Assembly (NCBI RefSeq): GCF_001194135.2
Contig: NC_068988.1
Coordinates: 84,254,938-84,318,937 of the forward strand
Length of the DNA stretch: 64,000 nucleotides
Reading direction: 5' to 3'
From: Octopus bimaculoides
Taxonomy: Eukaryota
The notes beneath the pieces are model-generated. The model saw nothing but the letters and a program-made list of their open reading frames with translations. It was not told the DNA's origin and made no database searches. The translations under genes were made by a program, and so were the position numbers. Of the stretch, positions 40,675-54,369 are shown one piece after another. Position 1 is the first letter of the stretch. Each line of letters opens with the position of its first letter.

Positions 40675-41120
40675 TGATGATGAATTTCATGGGAGACCCA
40701 AACCTGTTCTTAATGAAGAAAACTTATTGAGGACAGTGGGAAAATCAAGAACAAAGGTTTAAGCTCTTGCTAAAGATTTTGGCCCTTCCATAGAGACCAT
40801 ATCATGTCAGCTCAGGGACCTACTTTTGAAATGCATCATAACATGTGGCAAAAAGTGGGATCTTACAATAGAAAGAGGTCTAGATGAGACTGAAAAGCTA
40901 GGTTTACAGCATTGTCACAGTTTTGTAGAAGTGTGAAGGAATTAGCCTTTTTATTTTAAACCTGGGGAAACAACAACTCATATTGTTAAGAGATTACTGA
41001 AATTCATTCACTATTATCCTTCAGGCTATCTACATTGGTTATCAAACATGGTTCTGATATTGCTCCATGATAATGCCAGACTCTACACTTCTCAAACAGT
41101 GTTTAAGCTTAGAGTTTTAG
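40675..41120 (+). mobile_element. Old mariner transposase relic
   Basis: DEFHGRPKPVLNEENL..ALAKDFG resembles the second HTH, and ILLHDNAR (41057-41080) is the catalytic-core motif. Heavily mutated; no TIRs seen. Confidence 0.6.
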
Positions 41121-41793
41121 TGTCAAATATTGTTAGCTACCTTTATAATATATAATAAAAGATTCAGTCATATGAAAGCTATAATTAGTGTTTTTAATGA
41201 ATTTGTAACTGTTGAATGTAAGGAGATGTGTTATCACAGGATTATTGGAAAATGGTTATTGTTCAAAATTTAAGGCATTTTTTTTTTATTCATTCTACTT
41301 CTCATAAAAATGAATTTTATGTATAATAACCTACTAATCCTTTGTTATTTAAAAAAAAAATGAGGTGGTCATGACTGGAATACCTTGGATGACAGTTTTG
41401 TTTGATCGGTGTTCAGGTGTGACCTAAGGCTAAACAGTAGCAGTAGTGTTGAGAACCTTGAAAATATTTCTCATTTCATGCATTTTAAAAATATCTTTTC
41501 AAGTAATTTCCATTGTTTTAAATATCTGCTCTTGTAATATTTAGTATCGTCATCAATGCTTTTCTTACTGGTATGGGTTGGATGTATCTTCACAGCCCAA
41601 TTCTGTTCTTATTCTGAGTTACTGTCCTCTTGGTCAGGTTGAGAACCAGGTCTTGCTCACACATTCCAGTTTTGATATGTACAGAGAGAACTGGGTGCAT
41701 TTTAACATGACACCAATGCTAGAGAAGTTGTCCTGTCTCTGGTAAGGCTAAAGTGTCCTCTCGGCTCTTAAAGTGTACTGTGCACATTGTGTA

Positions 41794-41796
<3 letters not shown>

Positions 41797-41873
<77 letters not shown>
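41797..41873. repeat. (GT)n/(AT)n microsatellite
   Basis: Long uninterrupted dinucleotide run. Others occur at 9205-9243, 42593-42618, 50567-50602 and 54789-54864. Confidence 0.95.
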
Positions 41874-41876
<3 letters not shown>

Positions 41877-42426
41877 ACTTCCTGTGATGGGAAGAGGTTG
41901 CAAATGATTGCCCACACTGGAGGCAAATACTGCGAAAGGGAATAAAGAGAGTGGAAGAAAAACAGGTACTTACTATCAAAGGGAAGCACACTCGATGGAA
42001 GGAAAAATCATCAGCACCAGCAAAGAGCTCCTTCAAATGCAGTCACTGTATGCATAACTTACACTCCCATGTGAGCCTGCACCACTATCAGCAGCTGACA
42101 CGATTTCTTTGGGCACAGATCCATGGCCTCTCAAGACTGACAGATGCCTACTACTATATATATATATATATTTGTATTTATGTGTTTCAGCCAAGTGGCT
42201 GCGGTCATGCTGGTGCACCACTGTATATATATATGGATATGGATATATACACACATTTAAGCAAGTGGATACAAAGGAGGTTTGTTGACAAGAAAAGTAT
42301 CTGGCTGTAGAAAATCTGCCTTGATAAACTATTTTTCTTTGCAAGTAAGATAAAACAGGTGTTAAAAATTGTGATGATGATGAAAAGAATGTCTTCTAAA
42401 TATATTTAAATATTGTCATATTGTAG

Positions 42427-42544
42427 GCATTTCTTCAAAGACATGCCCCAGGCTGCTCTAGACAAGAAATCAAATTTTGAGTTTCTAGAAAAGGAAGTTG
42501 GAATTAGGCGATTTATACCACGGAATATTATTGAATCCACAAAG
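42427..42544 (+). CDS. PTK2: FAK exon E (FERM F2)
   Basis: TTGTAG acceptor, AAG|GTAAAT donor, 118 nt, phase 2-0. (R)HFFKDMPQAALDKKSNFEFLEKEVGIRRFIPRNIIESTK resembles human [39 protein letters not shown]. Confidence 0.95.
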
Positions 42545-43506
42545 GTAAATAATCCAAGCTTCTTAACTCTTATAAATGCATTAAGTATAAGGTGTGTGTG
42601 TGTGTGTGTGTGTGTGTGTCATGATACATAGTAACAAGGCATGGAATCTGTAAGGTATATGTGATGGGACATGGTGTATATGTATGTATGTGATGGGGCA
42701 TGGTGATGAGACCTTGAATATGTGTAAGGTGTATATAATGTGAGACATGAAAAATGTGTAAATATATAAAAATATATAAAAAAAGCACCCCATATAACCC
42801 CTTATAGCTTTTTTATTTTTTGAGAGTTTAAGAAAACTTTTGCGAATTTGTCTTCTACATGCAGAATTCATACGATTATTGGAAAGTTGGGTAGGGAATG
42901 TGGCTTAAAGGTAATTTAGCTGTTGACTTTGGCACATCCCATGACTGCCTGATAGTTTCCTCATTTCTTTGTCACCCTGGCAAGTATTGATTTTTTTTTT
43001 TTTTTTTTTTCAATATTTTTCTCCCCATAAACACATTTAAAGGAATGATGCTGTACCCAAGGGTAGTTCATTGCTAGGATTTAAACAAAATATTCAGACT
43101 GTCCATATTTTAAACTCTGATTTAAAAAAAAAAAATTCGAAAAAGAATGGAAATTTTAGGGTTTTGGGGTGGGGGTAAAAATGTTTTTCTCATGATTGTA
43201 TGAATTCCCATGTATAGAAAACAAATTCACAAAAATTTTCTGAAAATTACTAAAATTAAAAATGTTACAAGGGGTTACATGGAGTGCTTAAACCAAAATT
43301 TTACCAAAAATATAAACACAAGCACATGTATATGCATACACATCAAAACACCACACATGTTCATACATGCATACATTCTTAGATGGTACTCACTTTATTA
43401 TGGTGATTGTGTTTAAATTTAGTATTTAAAAATGTATATTTTTCTGTTTTAAGTTTTTAAATGAATATATTAATTATTTTGATTTTTTTTCAATTTATTC
43501 TTTCAG

Positions 43507-43647
43507 CCTAAAAACTTACGAAGATTAATTCAAAATCGTTTTAAGACTTATTCGTCGTTGAGTGAAACTGAATGTGTTTTTAAATTCTTTGAAACTTTGT
43601 CTACTGTTACCAAATTCAACCAAGAGCGCTTTAAATGTGCCTTAGGA
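43507..43647 (+). CDS. PTK2: FAK exon F (FERM F2/F3)
   Basis: TTTCAG acceptor, GGA|GTAAGT donor, 141 nt, phase 0-0. PKNLRRLIQNRFKTYSSLSETECVFKFFETLSTVTKFNQERFKCALG resembles human AKTLRKLIQQTF...DKECFKCALG. Confidence 0.95.
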
Positions 43648-44871
43648 GTAAGTGTTCTCCAAAATTTAGACACTAGAATTTATACAATTCCCCAAAATTG
43701 TTTTGTTTTCTTTAACCCTTTTGATATCAAACCACCTGAGACTGCCCCTGGTTCTAAAATACAAACTTCCTGTTTAAAAGGTACCATTTACCTTGCTGTA
43801 TGTAGTATTACATAGAGGTACTTCTAGCTATAAAATGATACCATTTGGAAGTACTGTTCAACTAACTATAATTAAAAACCATGCAAGGTATCATTCATCT
43901 TTCTGAATTGTGCTATGTGGTGGTCTTGTTGACTTAGCTGAAAATAGATACCATGCTTGTTGAAGGCAAATAACCAGAGACCACTGCCAAGATCCATTTC
44001 ACAACAAGATAATGTTTTAAATATGTAGATAATGGGGTTGTGTGGGTGTGTGTCAGCCATCATTTTAACCTGTTTTCTTCCATGCTTTCATGCATCAAAG
44101 GGAATTCATTGAGACAGGTCTTTTGTGGCGAGATATCCTTCCTGTTGCCACCCATTACTTATTCCCATGTAGAGTATTATTTTACCATGGTTAAATGTGT
44201 TTGCCTGGTGCACGCGCACACACACACACACACAGTCTTTCAGTTTCTTTCTACCAGAGCAACTCACAAGGTTATGGTTAGCCCAAAGCTATAGTAGAAG
44301 ACTATAGGTGCCATGCAGTGGTACTGAACTTGAAACCAGAAAGCAAAATACTCAACTACACACCCATTCCTGTGGTTCAGCTGGGAAATTGGCCTATGTT
44401 GGAGGCTTTGTCTACTCGGAACTTAACCACCTCCATATGATGTTTGCTCTTTCCCTCTGTCACAAAACATGCATACTCCTACTCTTCTACTGGTTTCACT
44501 TATTTGTCTGTAGTCATGCTGTAGTGCTGCCTTCACAAGTTTTAGTAGATCATGTTGACTCCAGGATATCAGTCTGCTACTTATTTTATTAATCTACCTG
44601 TTGACCTTCTAATTTATGTCACACACACACACACACACACACACAAAACAAGTTTTTATGGTTTCAGTCTATCATATTCTAGGTCATTTGTCCCTCCTCC
44701 CACACACATGCTGTAAACCTCTAACTTGGAGTGCGGAAAAACATATCTATTATTATACTGCATTTTTCCACATTATAATAATGTGGAAAAACACCCCAAT
44801 TGTTATGATGATGCACCTTCACTTCCTAGTTGGGTTGTGTAATGTTATGTTGATAGTCTATTGTCAGACAC

Positions 44872-45096
44872 TTAACCCTCTTTGATATCAGCCTACCTGA
44901 TACCATCCTTGGTTCTGTGATATAACTTTCTGTTCTAAAGTGTTTTAAAACATCCCCTCAAAATTCTGTGTTAATATATGTTCCAAACACTAGCTAAATA
45001 ATGACAAAGTTAATTTGCAAAATTCCTTTATCATTTTAAAATTGATTAAAACAAAAGCAGCGTATTTCAATAGATGTATGGGAACCATAAGGTTAA
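44872..45096. mobile_element. Second TTAA-flanked MITE family
   Basis: TTAA|CCCTCTTTGATATCAG...GGAACCATAAGG|TTAA. A related left end occurs at 43712 (TTAACCCTTTTGATATCAAACC). Confidence 0.55.
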
Positions 45097-45243
45097 ACAG
45101 TGTTGGAAACAAAATTTTCAATGTTGCTTGAAGAATCTGAATTGGTAGCTGGGTGGAGATAGATAAAATAGTTTCCTGAAACACAATTGACCAACTGATA
45201 GTTTTGCCTGTTTTTAATCTTTGATTCAATATTTTCTTTACAG

Positions 45244-45321
45244 TATGGCTGGAGCATTTCTGTAGATTTGGTGGTTGGACCAGATGTTGGCATCAGTTAT
45301 CTCACAGAAAAAGCTTCCACG
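45244..45321 (+). CDS. PTK2: FAK exon G (FERM F3)
   Basis: TTTACAG acceptor, ACG|GTATGT donor, 78 nt, phase 0-0. YGWSISVDLVVGPDVGISYLTEKAST resembles human SSWIISVELAIGPEEGISYLTDKGCN. Confidence 0.95.
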
Positions 45322-45652
45322 GTATGTAGGATTTCTTTTTGTCCTTTTGTTTTTCTCTGCTTGTCTTCTTTTGACCTGTAACAATGCACTGTGAACAACA
45401 GACTTATTTCAAGGTAACAATACTTGACTACATCTTCAACTAACCATGAAACATTTTGGCTTGTTAATTCTTCACATAGACTTCACCCCTTTCAGAGATG
45501 ATCACAAAACATGGCCTGGAGTCTTCACTAGATAAAATTAAGGTCTATTGCTTCTGTCACAAATGACATAATTTCTCATGCTGGCACAAGGTAGATGATG
45601 ATGATAATTGTTTCTTATATAGGCACTAGGCAGAAGATGATAATGATGATGA

Positions 45653-45689
<37 letters not shown>

Positions 45690-45942
45690 GATAATGATAA
45701 TGATAATAATAATAATTGCTTCTAATACAAGCACAAAACTTGAAATTTTCAGAGATGTTTATTGATTACATTGACCACAGTACTTTATGTTGTTATTAAA
45801 GTGGTGAGCTGGCAGAATCATGAGCATGCCAGATAAAATGCTTAACAACGTATCTTCCAGCTCTTTATGTTCTGAGTACAAATGCTGCTGAGGTCACTGC
45901 CCTCCTTTCAAGGTCGATAAAATACAATACTAGTCAAGTACT

Positions 45943-46274
45943 TTGTTTGTCTTTTGATTGTTTGCTTGGTGCAGAGGTTTCAGGCTGTTTTTCAAGTCAA
46001 ACTCTTAACTCCAAGCACCCAATGAAGCAGGCGGCCTGTGGTGGGTCAGCACCTTATTAACAGGGGGCTGCCCAGCTTGAGGTGGGCAGTAGCTAACCAA
46101 TGGGACACGAGGGTCCCTCCCACCGTCAGAGGTAACCTGTAGCGCCCATATCCTACGCCAATCAGAATGGACTTATCGCTTGTGATTGCTACCTCCCATG
46201 TTTTTTCTGCCACTTTTTACAGCAGCACTGAAGTGTCCTCTCCAGTTTTGCGCAGGCCTGGGCTAAATATAAGA
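45943..46274. mobile_element. 332-bp GC-richer insertion nested in a SINE-A copy
   Basis: The SINE consensus ...GTCAAGTACTGGGG is split, with AAGTACT duplicated at 45936-42 and 46275-81. There is an A-rich (CAAA-like) tail on the minus strand. Confidence 0.6.
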
Positions 46275-49200
46275 AAGTACTGGGGTTGATATAATCAAGT
46301 TGCCCCTTCCTCTTAAAATTACTGGCCTTGTGCCAAACTTTGAAATTATTATTATTATTAGTAGTAGTAGTTGTATTGGTGAGATGGCAAGCTGACAGAA
46401 TTGTTAGCACACCAGGTGAAATGTTTTGCAGCATTTCATCTGTCTCTATGTTCTAAGTTCAAATTCCACCGAGGTCAACTTAGCCTTTCATTGTTTTGGA
46501 GCTGATAAAATAGATACCAGTTGAGTACTAGAGTCAATGTTATTGACTTACCTCTCCCCACAACTCGCAAAATTACTGGCCATCTGTCAAAATTTGAAAT
46601 CATTATTATTGTTCTTGTTGTTAAGACAGTGAACTGGCAGAATCATTAGAACATTGGAAAAAATACCTTGCAGTATTTATTTCTGCTTTTTATGTTAACT
46701 TTGCCTTTCATCCACTCAGTCGATAAAATAAACTACCAGTCAAGGTTGATGATATCAGCCTCCACCTCCTCTCTTAAATCAAAAACCATTATTATTGTTG
46801 TTATTGTTGTAATAAATTGCTAGTGTACGAGATGACCTCTCATGATGGTGGAGGACACAAGTGTTAGTGTTCAGAGGAAAGTGTAATTGCTTACTTTGAC
46901 ACTAGTCCATGACTAGCATTTATTTCACTATAAAGCTGGCATTAACCTTCACAGGAACAAGAGCAACAATGGTGATACTACTATTACTACTACTACATTT
47001 ACTACTATCAATAATAATGATATGATAATGTTGATGATGTAATAGTTCAATTGAACTGGTGTCCATAGTATATGGTTGAAGTGCTGTTAAGGATTTCTAA
47101 ATAAATGTAGAACAAACAAGTAGCAGGATATTTGTAATGTGATATGACATAGATAAACCTTGTTTGGCATTTAGGGAATGTTAATGTTATTGTTGGTGGT
47201 GGTGGTGGTGGTGGTGGTAATGTGTTTAAAATTACAATGAACCAGTTTGTCTATCTCAGTTCCTTTGTGAACTTGTTTATACACATGTACATATCACCAT
47301 CCTTTGGCACACACATACACAGAAACAGATAAAACCAGCATCATTGTTGTGTAAATTTTTTTTTTTTTATGGTTGAATAATGCCCTTCCTATCACCCACC
47401 ACATTCCACCATGATATGTATATATGTATTATAGTACAAAAGGTGTAGGCATGGCCATGTGTTCAAGAAACTCATTTTGGACCCTCTGTGTCGACACTGT
47501 TTGCTGGTGTCCTCTACTATAGCCATGAGTTGACCAAAATTTGTGAAGGAGATTGGTAGATGGAAGCTGAAGACGTGTGTAGAGAGATATATAAGTATGC
47601 ATATGTGTGAGTATGTATTGGCTTGTATATTCTGTTTTTGGCATGCACATGCTAATTGTAAACAATTATTTGATTATGGTCTTCTGCAAAAGCATGTCCA
47701 GCCATTTGATCTGTTTGATGTTCAAAGGGAAATATTGCCTTACTATGAGATAGAAGGTTGATGGCAAGAAGAGCATCCTGCTACAGAAAAATCTGCTGCA
47801 TCAAAGTTTCATCTGAGCCTTCTAAACATAGAAAAGGGAATGTGAAAACAATGATGATATAAGACATACAAATACATATTACATTTTTATGCATGTATGT
47901 ATGTGGTTTTTTTTTTTTTTTAATAATGGAAAAGATAGACAAATTGACAAAATACATTGCAGTATTTACCTTCAGGTTTTACGTTCAGAGTTCATATCCC
48001 ATTAATAATTGGCTGCATTTCTCATCACTTCAAGGGATCAGTATACATAAGTACCAGCAATATACTAGGGTGTCAATTTCAGTTGTGCTTTCCTCTTGTA
48101 TTGAATCAATAAAAATTATTGTGTCTGTTTATGAGCAAGAATGGCTGTGAAGCTAACATGATGGGCTACTTAGCACGTGATGGAGAGTTTGGGATGAGAA
48201 AGACACGGCTCTGTGGTAAGAAGTTTGCTTTCCAACCACATGGTTCCAGGTTCAGTCTCGGCACTTCGGGCAAGTGTCTTTTATTATAGCCCAGGCTAAC
48301 CAAAGTCTTGTGAAAGAAGTGTGTGTGTCTGTCTTTGTGTTTGTTCTCCACCACCCCCTTGACAACTACTTTGTTTGTTTATGTCTCTAACTTTGCAATT
48401 CAGCAAAAGAAACTACTTACAGCTTAAGAGTAAGTACTAAGTTCGATTAAAATCCGTCAAGGTGGTGCCTCTTCATAGCTGCAGCCCAGCGACTGAAGCA
48501 AATGAAAGATAAAAAGATTGTGACAGTTAAGCTGCACCCCAGGGCCTGTACATTCCACATGATTGTGTAGAAAATGACTGTTGACATCCAGATATAAATG
48601 CTTTTACTACAACTCTGTGACTAAATACTGAAATTTGTATAAAGACCTCATAAAGTAATACCTCCTTTTCTGTATAAGACAATAGGGTATGATTTGAAGG
48701 TGATTTGACTACTATTTCTAACCAGTTAAACTACTTAGACTCCCTTAATGGTTCATATGTTATTCTTGCTTAACCCCAAGTGAGCCCAAATTCAGTAGAC
48801 TTATGGTCAAAATTGTTCCACTTGTGACTATGTTGTCTTTTATTCAAACAATATATTTAGGACTACACCATCTAATGTGTTTTTTGTTAGTTTTTTTTTT
48901 TTCTAAGATGCCAGGTATGAATTGAGGGAGATTTAGTTGCTATGTCTAGCATGTTGAGTAAGTGTGTGGAAGTATCTAGATGGTTTGGTTTAAATGCTAT
49001 TCTTAGCATGGTTGTATTACTGAAGACTGTGTTTACATTCACTTGTCTAACTAAGTTCCAGGCTATAACATCTGTTAATTCTCTACCTTCAAGCCATTCT
49101 GTAATTGTTGCAGCATGAAAAGGAATTTTATTTTTCTCTTCATGTCAAAACACAGCAGTCATTGCAAGTGAGAGATGTCAACTGTTTAGTATAACTGACC

Positions 49201-49873
49201 AAGAACTAAACATTATTGTATGTCGTCTTGAAAGGTCATTTCAAACTATGTCTGCTGGCATATTGATGTTTCAGAAGAATTATAACAATCCTCAACTATG
49301 ACATTAGCCGATAAAATACATTTTTACGATCTTACTTTATTTCTCTCTCTCCTTCCCTAGCTCTCCATTGATTTAAAAGTCCAGTTGAAAACAGTAATAA
49401 AAGATCTATTGCACTCTAAATACTACAGCATTTCAAGCACTACAAGCTAGATAGACTAACTGGAAAAGTGAAACTTTCTCCATAATTATTTTACAGAAAC
49501 CAAAACTATTCACTCAATGTCAACTACAATCCTCATCTACCCCACCCCCAACCAGAAGCCATCCATCCCTCCACTCACCCACCCACCCACCAAAGTGTTT
49601 ATTTATCCCAATACTTAGCCATTAAACAAGTGGCTGTTAAAGCCATTAAGTCTAAACACCATTGAATCTTGCAGCACTATTATTCAATCATTTCCTCACC
49701 ATTTTGCCCTAAAATAAAGACCACTTTATTATGACAAATATCAAACCAATTTGAAACTACAAATTGGTGAGAATTCCCTGTCTAAAAGATTTCATAATTA
49801 TTCTACAAAAACAAACAATATTCATATGATATGGTTCTTCATAAGTTCTCTCTCTCTTTCTCTCTCTCTCTCA

Positions 49874-49906
<33 letters not shown>

Positions 49907-50565
49907 NNNNNNNNNNNNNNNNNNNNNNNNNNNNNNNNNNNNNNNNNNNNNNNNNNNNNNNNNNNNNNNNNNNNNNNNNNNNNNNNNNNNNNNNNNNNNN
50001 NNNNNNNNNNNNNNNNNNNNNNNNNNNNNNNNNNNNNNNNNNNNNNNNNNNNNNNNNNNNNNNNNNNNNNNNNNNNNNNNNNNNNNNNNNNNNNNNNNNN
50101 NNNNNNNNNNNNNNNNNNNNNNNNNNNNNNNNNNNNNNNNNNNNNNNNNNNNNNNNNNNNNNNNNNNNNNNNNNNNNNNNNNNNNNNNNNNNNNNNNNNN
50201 NNNNNNNNNNNNNNNNNNNNNNNNNNNNNNNNNNNNNNNNNNNNNNNNNNNNNNNNNNNNNNNNNNNNNNNNNNNNNNNNNNNNNNNNNNNNNNNNNNNN
50301 NNNNNNNNNNNNNNNNNNNNNNNNNNNNNNNNNNNNNNNNNNNNNNNNNNNNNNNGAACACACCAACACCAGTTGTAAAGCAGTAGTGGAGGACATTCAT
50401 GGACAAACACACACACATATACAACAGGCTTCTTTCAGTTTTCTGTCTGCCGAATCCACTCACAAGACTTTGGTTGGCCTGGGGCTATAGTGGAAGATAC
50501 TTGCCCAAGGTGCCATGAACCTAGTCTTAATCTGGGACCATGCGATTGGGAAGCAAGTCTCTTGC

Positions 50566-50605
<40 letters not shown>

Positions 50606-50610
50606 CCTGC

Positions 50611-51020
50611 ACAGGAGTGGCTGTATCATAAGAAGCTTGCTTCCCAACTACATGGTTCCGCATTCAGTCCCATTGTGTGGCACCTTGGGCAAGTGTCTTC
50701 CGCTATAGCCTCAGGCTGACCAAAGCCTTATGAGTGGATTTAGTAGACAGAAACTGAAAGAAGCCCGTCGTGTGTGTATGTATATGTGTGTGTATGTATG
50801 TATGTATGTATATATATATATATGTGTGTCTGTGGTTGTCCCCCCCCCCACCATTGCTTGCCACCGATGCTGGTGTGTTTGTGTCCCCATGACTTAGTGG
50901 TTTGGCAAAAGAAACTGATAGAATAAGTACCAGGCTTACAGTGAATAAGTCCTGGAGTTGATTTGTTCAACTAAAGGCGGTGCTCCAACATGGCCACAAA
51001 CAAATGACTGAAATTAGTAA
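50611..51020 (+). mobile_element. tRNA-derived SINE family B (CCTTGGGCAAG core)
   Basis: Head AAGAAGCTTGCTTCCCAAC..GGTTCCGCATTCAGTCCC, core GGCACCTTGGGCAAGTGTCTT, then CCAAAGCCTT.TGAGTGGATTT. Other copies near 2480, 8280, 17925, 19345, 20215, 27480, 44230, 48200, 50420 and 51500. Confidence 0.8.
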
Positions 51021-52099
51021 AAGAATATATATATATGTATATATATATAAAACCATCATCATTTTTATGTTCACCTAATCCATGCTCATGTGGATCAAAT
51101 AGAATTTATTGAGGTGGATTTTCTATGACCAGATGCCCTTCTTTGTCACAAACACCTAGTTCCAAGTAAGGTAATAATTCCCTGCAGCCAGACATGTTTC
51201 CATGGAGGAATAGAAGCAAAGAATAGAAACTGCTTGTATGACAGTGGTGTTCATTTACAACTGTCACATGTTGTCAAGACAAGGAGACATTTATTATGCA
51301 TACACATGCACATCTTCATCATCATCAAATGTTTTCCTTGCTGGTATGTATTGGATGCAGCCAACAAGCCAGAGGATTGTGCTAAGCTCCAGTGTCTGTT
51401 TGGTGTGGTTTCTATGGTTGGATGCCCTTCTTAATGCCAACTACTTCACAGAGTATACTGGATGTATATTACACGGCACTGGCATTTGTGAGGTCACTTT
51501 CTTTCAGTTTCTGCCTACCAAATCCACTCACAAGGTTTTTGTCAGCTCTGTACTCTACTAGAAGACATCTGCTCAAGGTGCTATGCAGTGGTTCTGACCC
51601 TGAAACTGTAAAGCAAGCCACACCTGCAAAAAATATAGAGAATAGACATTAGCCCTTTAGCATTCAAATTATTTTGTCAAGTGCAATGCTTGCTTATTAA
51701 CATCTTTAATTAATCATGCATTATCTCATAGCTTCAAAATTTTGATGACGTGATTGTTTTATTTTTAGAATGACATTGTAGGGTAAGTGTGAGAAGCTGA
51801 AGCTGATCAGTTTGAACATAAAACAAGTAGAATATTTGGGCTGGATATGACCAGTTTAAAAGTTAAAGGGTTAAACGATGGTGATGATATTAAGTTAACC
51901 CTGCACAATGCAGCATCAATTCCATTTTTGAAACTATATTAAAATTCTAAACTGCATTAGAACACATAATGAAAATCCTCTCCACACTGCTATATTTTAA
52001 AGTACACATTAGTTGGAACTTCTTTATGTAAAATGCGTCAAAACTAGTTTACCAAATCAACTCTGTGCATTTTCTTAAATTTTTTTTAGATGCTCCTAG

Positions 52100-53330
52100 T
52101 ATTAAATCATTGCAGTATCAATGTACTGTCAGGAGCATCAAGAAAGAAAATTCCTCCACTTTTTTTCTCTGACTAATGAAATAATTTTATTATATGCACA
52201 GCATTGTTCTAGAAGAAGTTTAGGTTCATACTCATTCACAAATACAGCCAAGTCTGTGTTGTCGTAATTTGTCTTTCTTGCTATGTCTCTTGAAGTTAAA
52301 GCACTAATTTGACAATTTGTTCTTGGCAGTCCAGAGGCAGACTCTTGCAAATCTTTGCATCCCATGGCCAAAACTTGATCCACAATTTCAATCAGTGCTT
52401 GATTAAAAATTGTTTCAGAGAACTGAATATTGATATCTGGGTTTGCCTGTTGAACTACATACTTTGTCCTCAGCCATGTCCTCACAATGTTTCATCCAAA
52501 GCTGTAAGGGACTGTCAAGTTGACACCTGTTCAGTATAATTGTAAAAAGGTTACAGAGTTTCCTTGGAGAATCTGATACTGATGCTTCAGTCAATGCAAG
52601 GTCCCAATGCTCATCATTTTCTAAGAAAAACCTTGTTGATAGCATACTTCCTTATAAGTTTCAAACACATGACCATTTACCCTCCCCAAATCTTAGAATG
52701 ATTTGGGACCATGTACTTCATGCAAAAGAAGCTGTAAGTAGTAGCATTCTGCTAGACTTGTGGGGGACACTGTAAACTCTTGCAAGAGCATCAGCCCCAC
52801 GTTTCCTCTTGTGCCATTTATTTTCTCCAGGTGTAATACTTGGGTAATTGTGGGTAAAGGAATTTTCTTGCATCTTCATCTACTTGACACAACTTAAAAA
52901 AGCATTAGGGCTAGTTTCTTTTGGAGAAAGTGCTTGTTGTTAGGCTGTTTGTTTTGTAAAGATAACCCTGTGGCTATTCTCTAGATGGACACTCAGATGA
53001 ATGATGGCTGGGTGCCCCTCATGAATGGGAAAATTGAAGATGTGCCAAAAAGCCTCATTGGTACTGATGTATCTTCCTCTGTCATACTGTGCAACTTTGT
53101 CATTTTTATTTATCTGCTGACTGCCATTCTGCATAAGGGTGTATGTTGCAGTGTCTAAGCCTTTGTTTATACATTTGCAAACATACTTAATAGAGCCAAG
53201 TGTTGCAGAATTCAGCATTGACTCTGGCTACCTGCACTTGTCTTTGCTTCACTGTAGATTACTGATCAACTGCATCTACCCCATCTCCTCTTGTAGAGAG
53301 TGAGACTATTGTTCTCGGAAACTTTTTTGA
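52100..53330 (-). mobile_element. Helitron RepHel fragment
   Basis: SIKYVCKCINKG, GRYISTNEAFWHIFNFPIH, LSVHLEN, LLENDEHWDLALTEA-like SPRKLCNLF segment, FNQALIEI and a degenerate helicase motif I (GGIFFLDAP). These are classic Rep-to-PIF1 helicase segments with frameshifts. Confidence 0.9.
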
Positions 53331-54143
53331 AAATTAAAGTGGAGATTAAATGAAAAAATGAGTTACGTGAATATCTTCACAAGAGTGATTGAAATAAATG
53401 GCGATTGTGGAACGCCCCACGCATGCACACATATACATATACAATATCAAACATCAGATGAAATGGACATGTGAAAGAGAGAGGGGGGGGATGTTGTTAT
53501 GTATATGTACATATATAAATAAATATACATACATCTTATTTGTTTGTTTGTGTGACAGAGAGAGCGAGTGCCACTTAGACATTACTATCTCATACACACG
53601 CACACACACACATACATACAAAAAAGATGTATGCGTATGTATATAAATACATATGTATGTACATATACATGACAACATGCCCCTTCACTCACACTCTCTC
53701 ACATAAATCTATACAAATGTACAGACAGAAACACGTGTGCATGTGTGACTGACTACAAATGCATAGAGCTGAACACGGCATGCTAAAGGTAAATAGATAA
53801 AAAAAATTTATGGAAATTAACGAAGTGTGAGGGTTCAAGCAAAAGAATGCCCATATTGTTTTGGACATCCCATGTGGAATTGCAAAATTCTAATGTGATA
53901 TTTGTGTAATAACAAAATCACACCTGGAGTATGTATGTGTGTTTATATGAAAGAGCTTGTGTGTGTGTGTGTGTTTATATTAGAGAGACAGTGTATGTGA
54001 GAAAGAGAACATTGCAAACAAAGAACGAAATAAACATGAAATGAAAAGCTCATCTAAATAGAAGTTCGTTAAAAACTATATTGTGCCGAATATTTAAATT
54101 TGTGAACTTGGTAGATATTTCTTTCAGTAATATATCATAGTTG

Positions 54144-54369
54144 CAGGGTGGCGAGCTGGCAGAAACATTAGCATGCCAGGCGATGTGCTTAGCGGTATTT
54201 CGTCTGCTGATATGTTCTGAGTTCAAATTCTGCTGAGGTTGACTTTGCCTTTCATCCTTTTAGAGTTGATTAAATAAGTACCAGTTATGCACTGGGGTCG
54301 ATGTACTCTACTTAATCCTTTTGTCTGTCCTCGTCCCTTCTATGTTGAGCCCCCTGTGGGCAATAAATA
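54144..54369 (+). mobile_element. tRNA-derived SINE family A, young copy
   Basis: Highly similar to 1530-1764. 15-bp TSD AATATATCATAGTTG at 54129-43 and 54370-84. Confidence 0.85.

Noticed and set aside
41719-42036. ORFs rich in YI/HT/CV repeats (also 9274-9615, 42570-42871, 53398-53678)
   Set aside because: Translations of dinucleotide microsatellites with no domain signal.
49535-49595. Minus-strand G-quadruplex motif (GGGT)n
   Set aside because: Common simple repeat with no contextual support for function.
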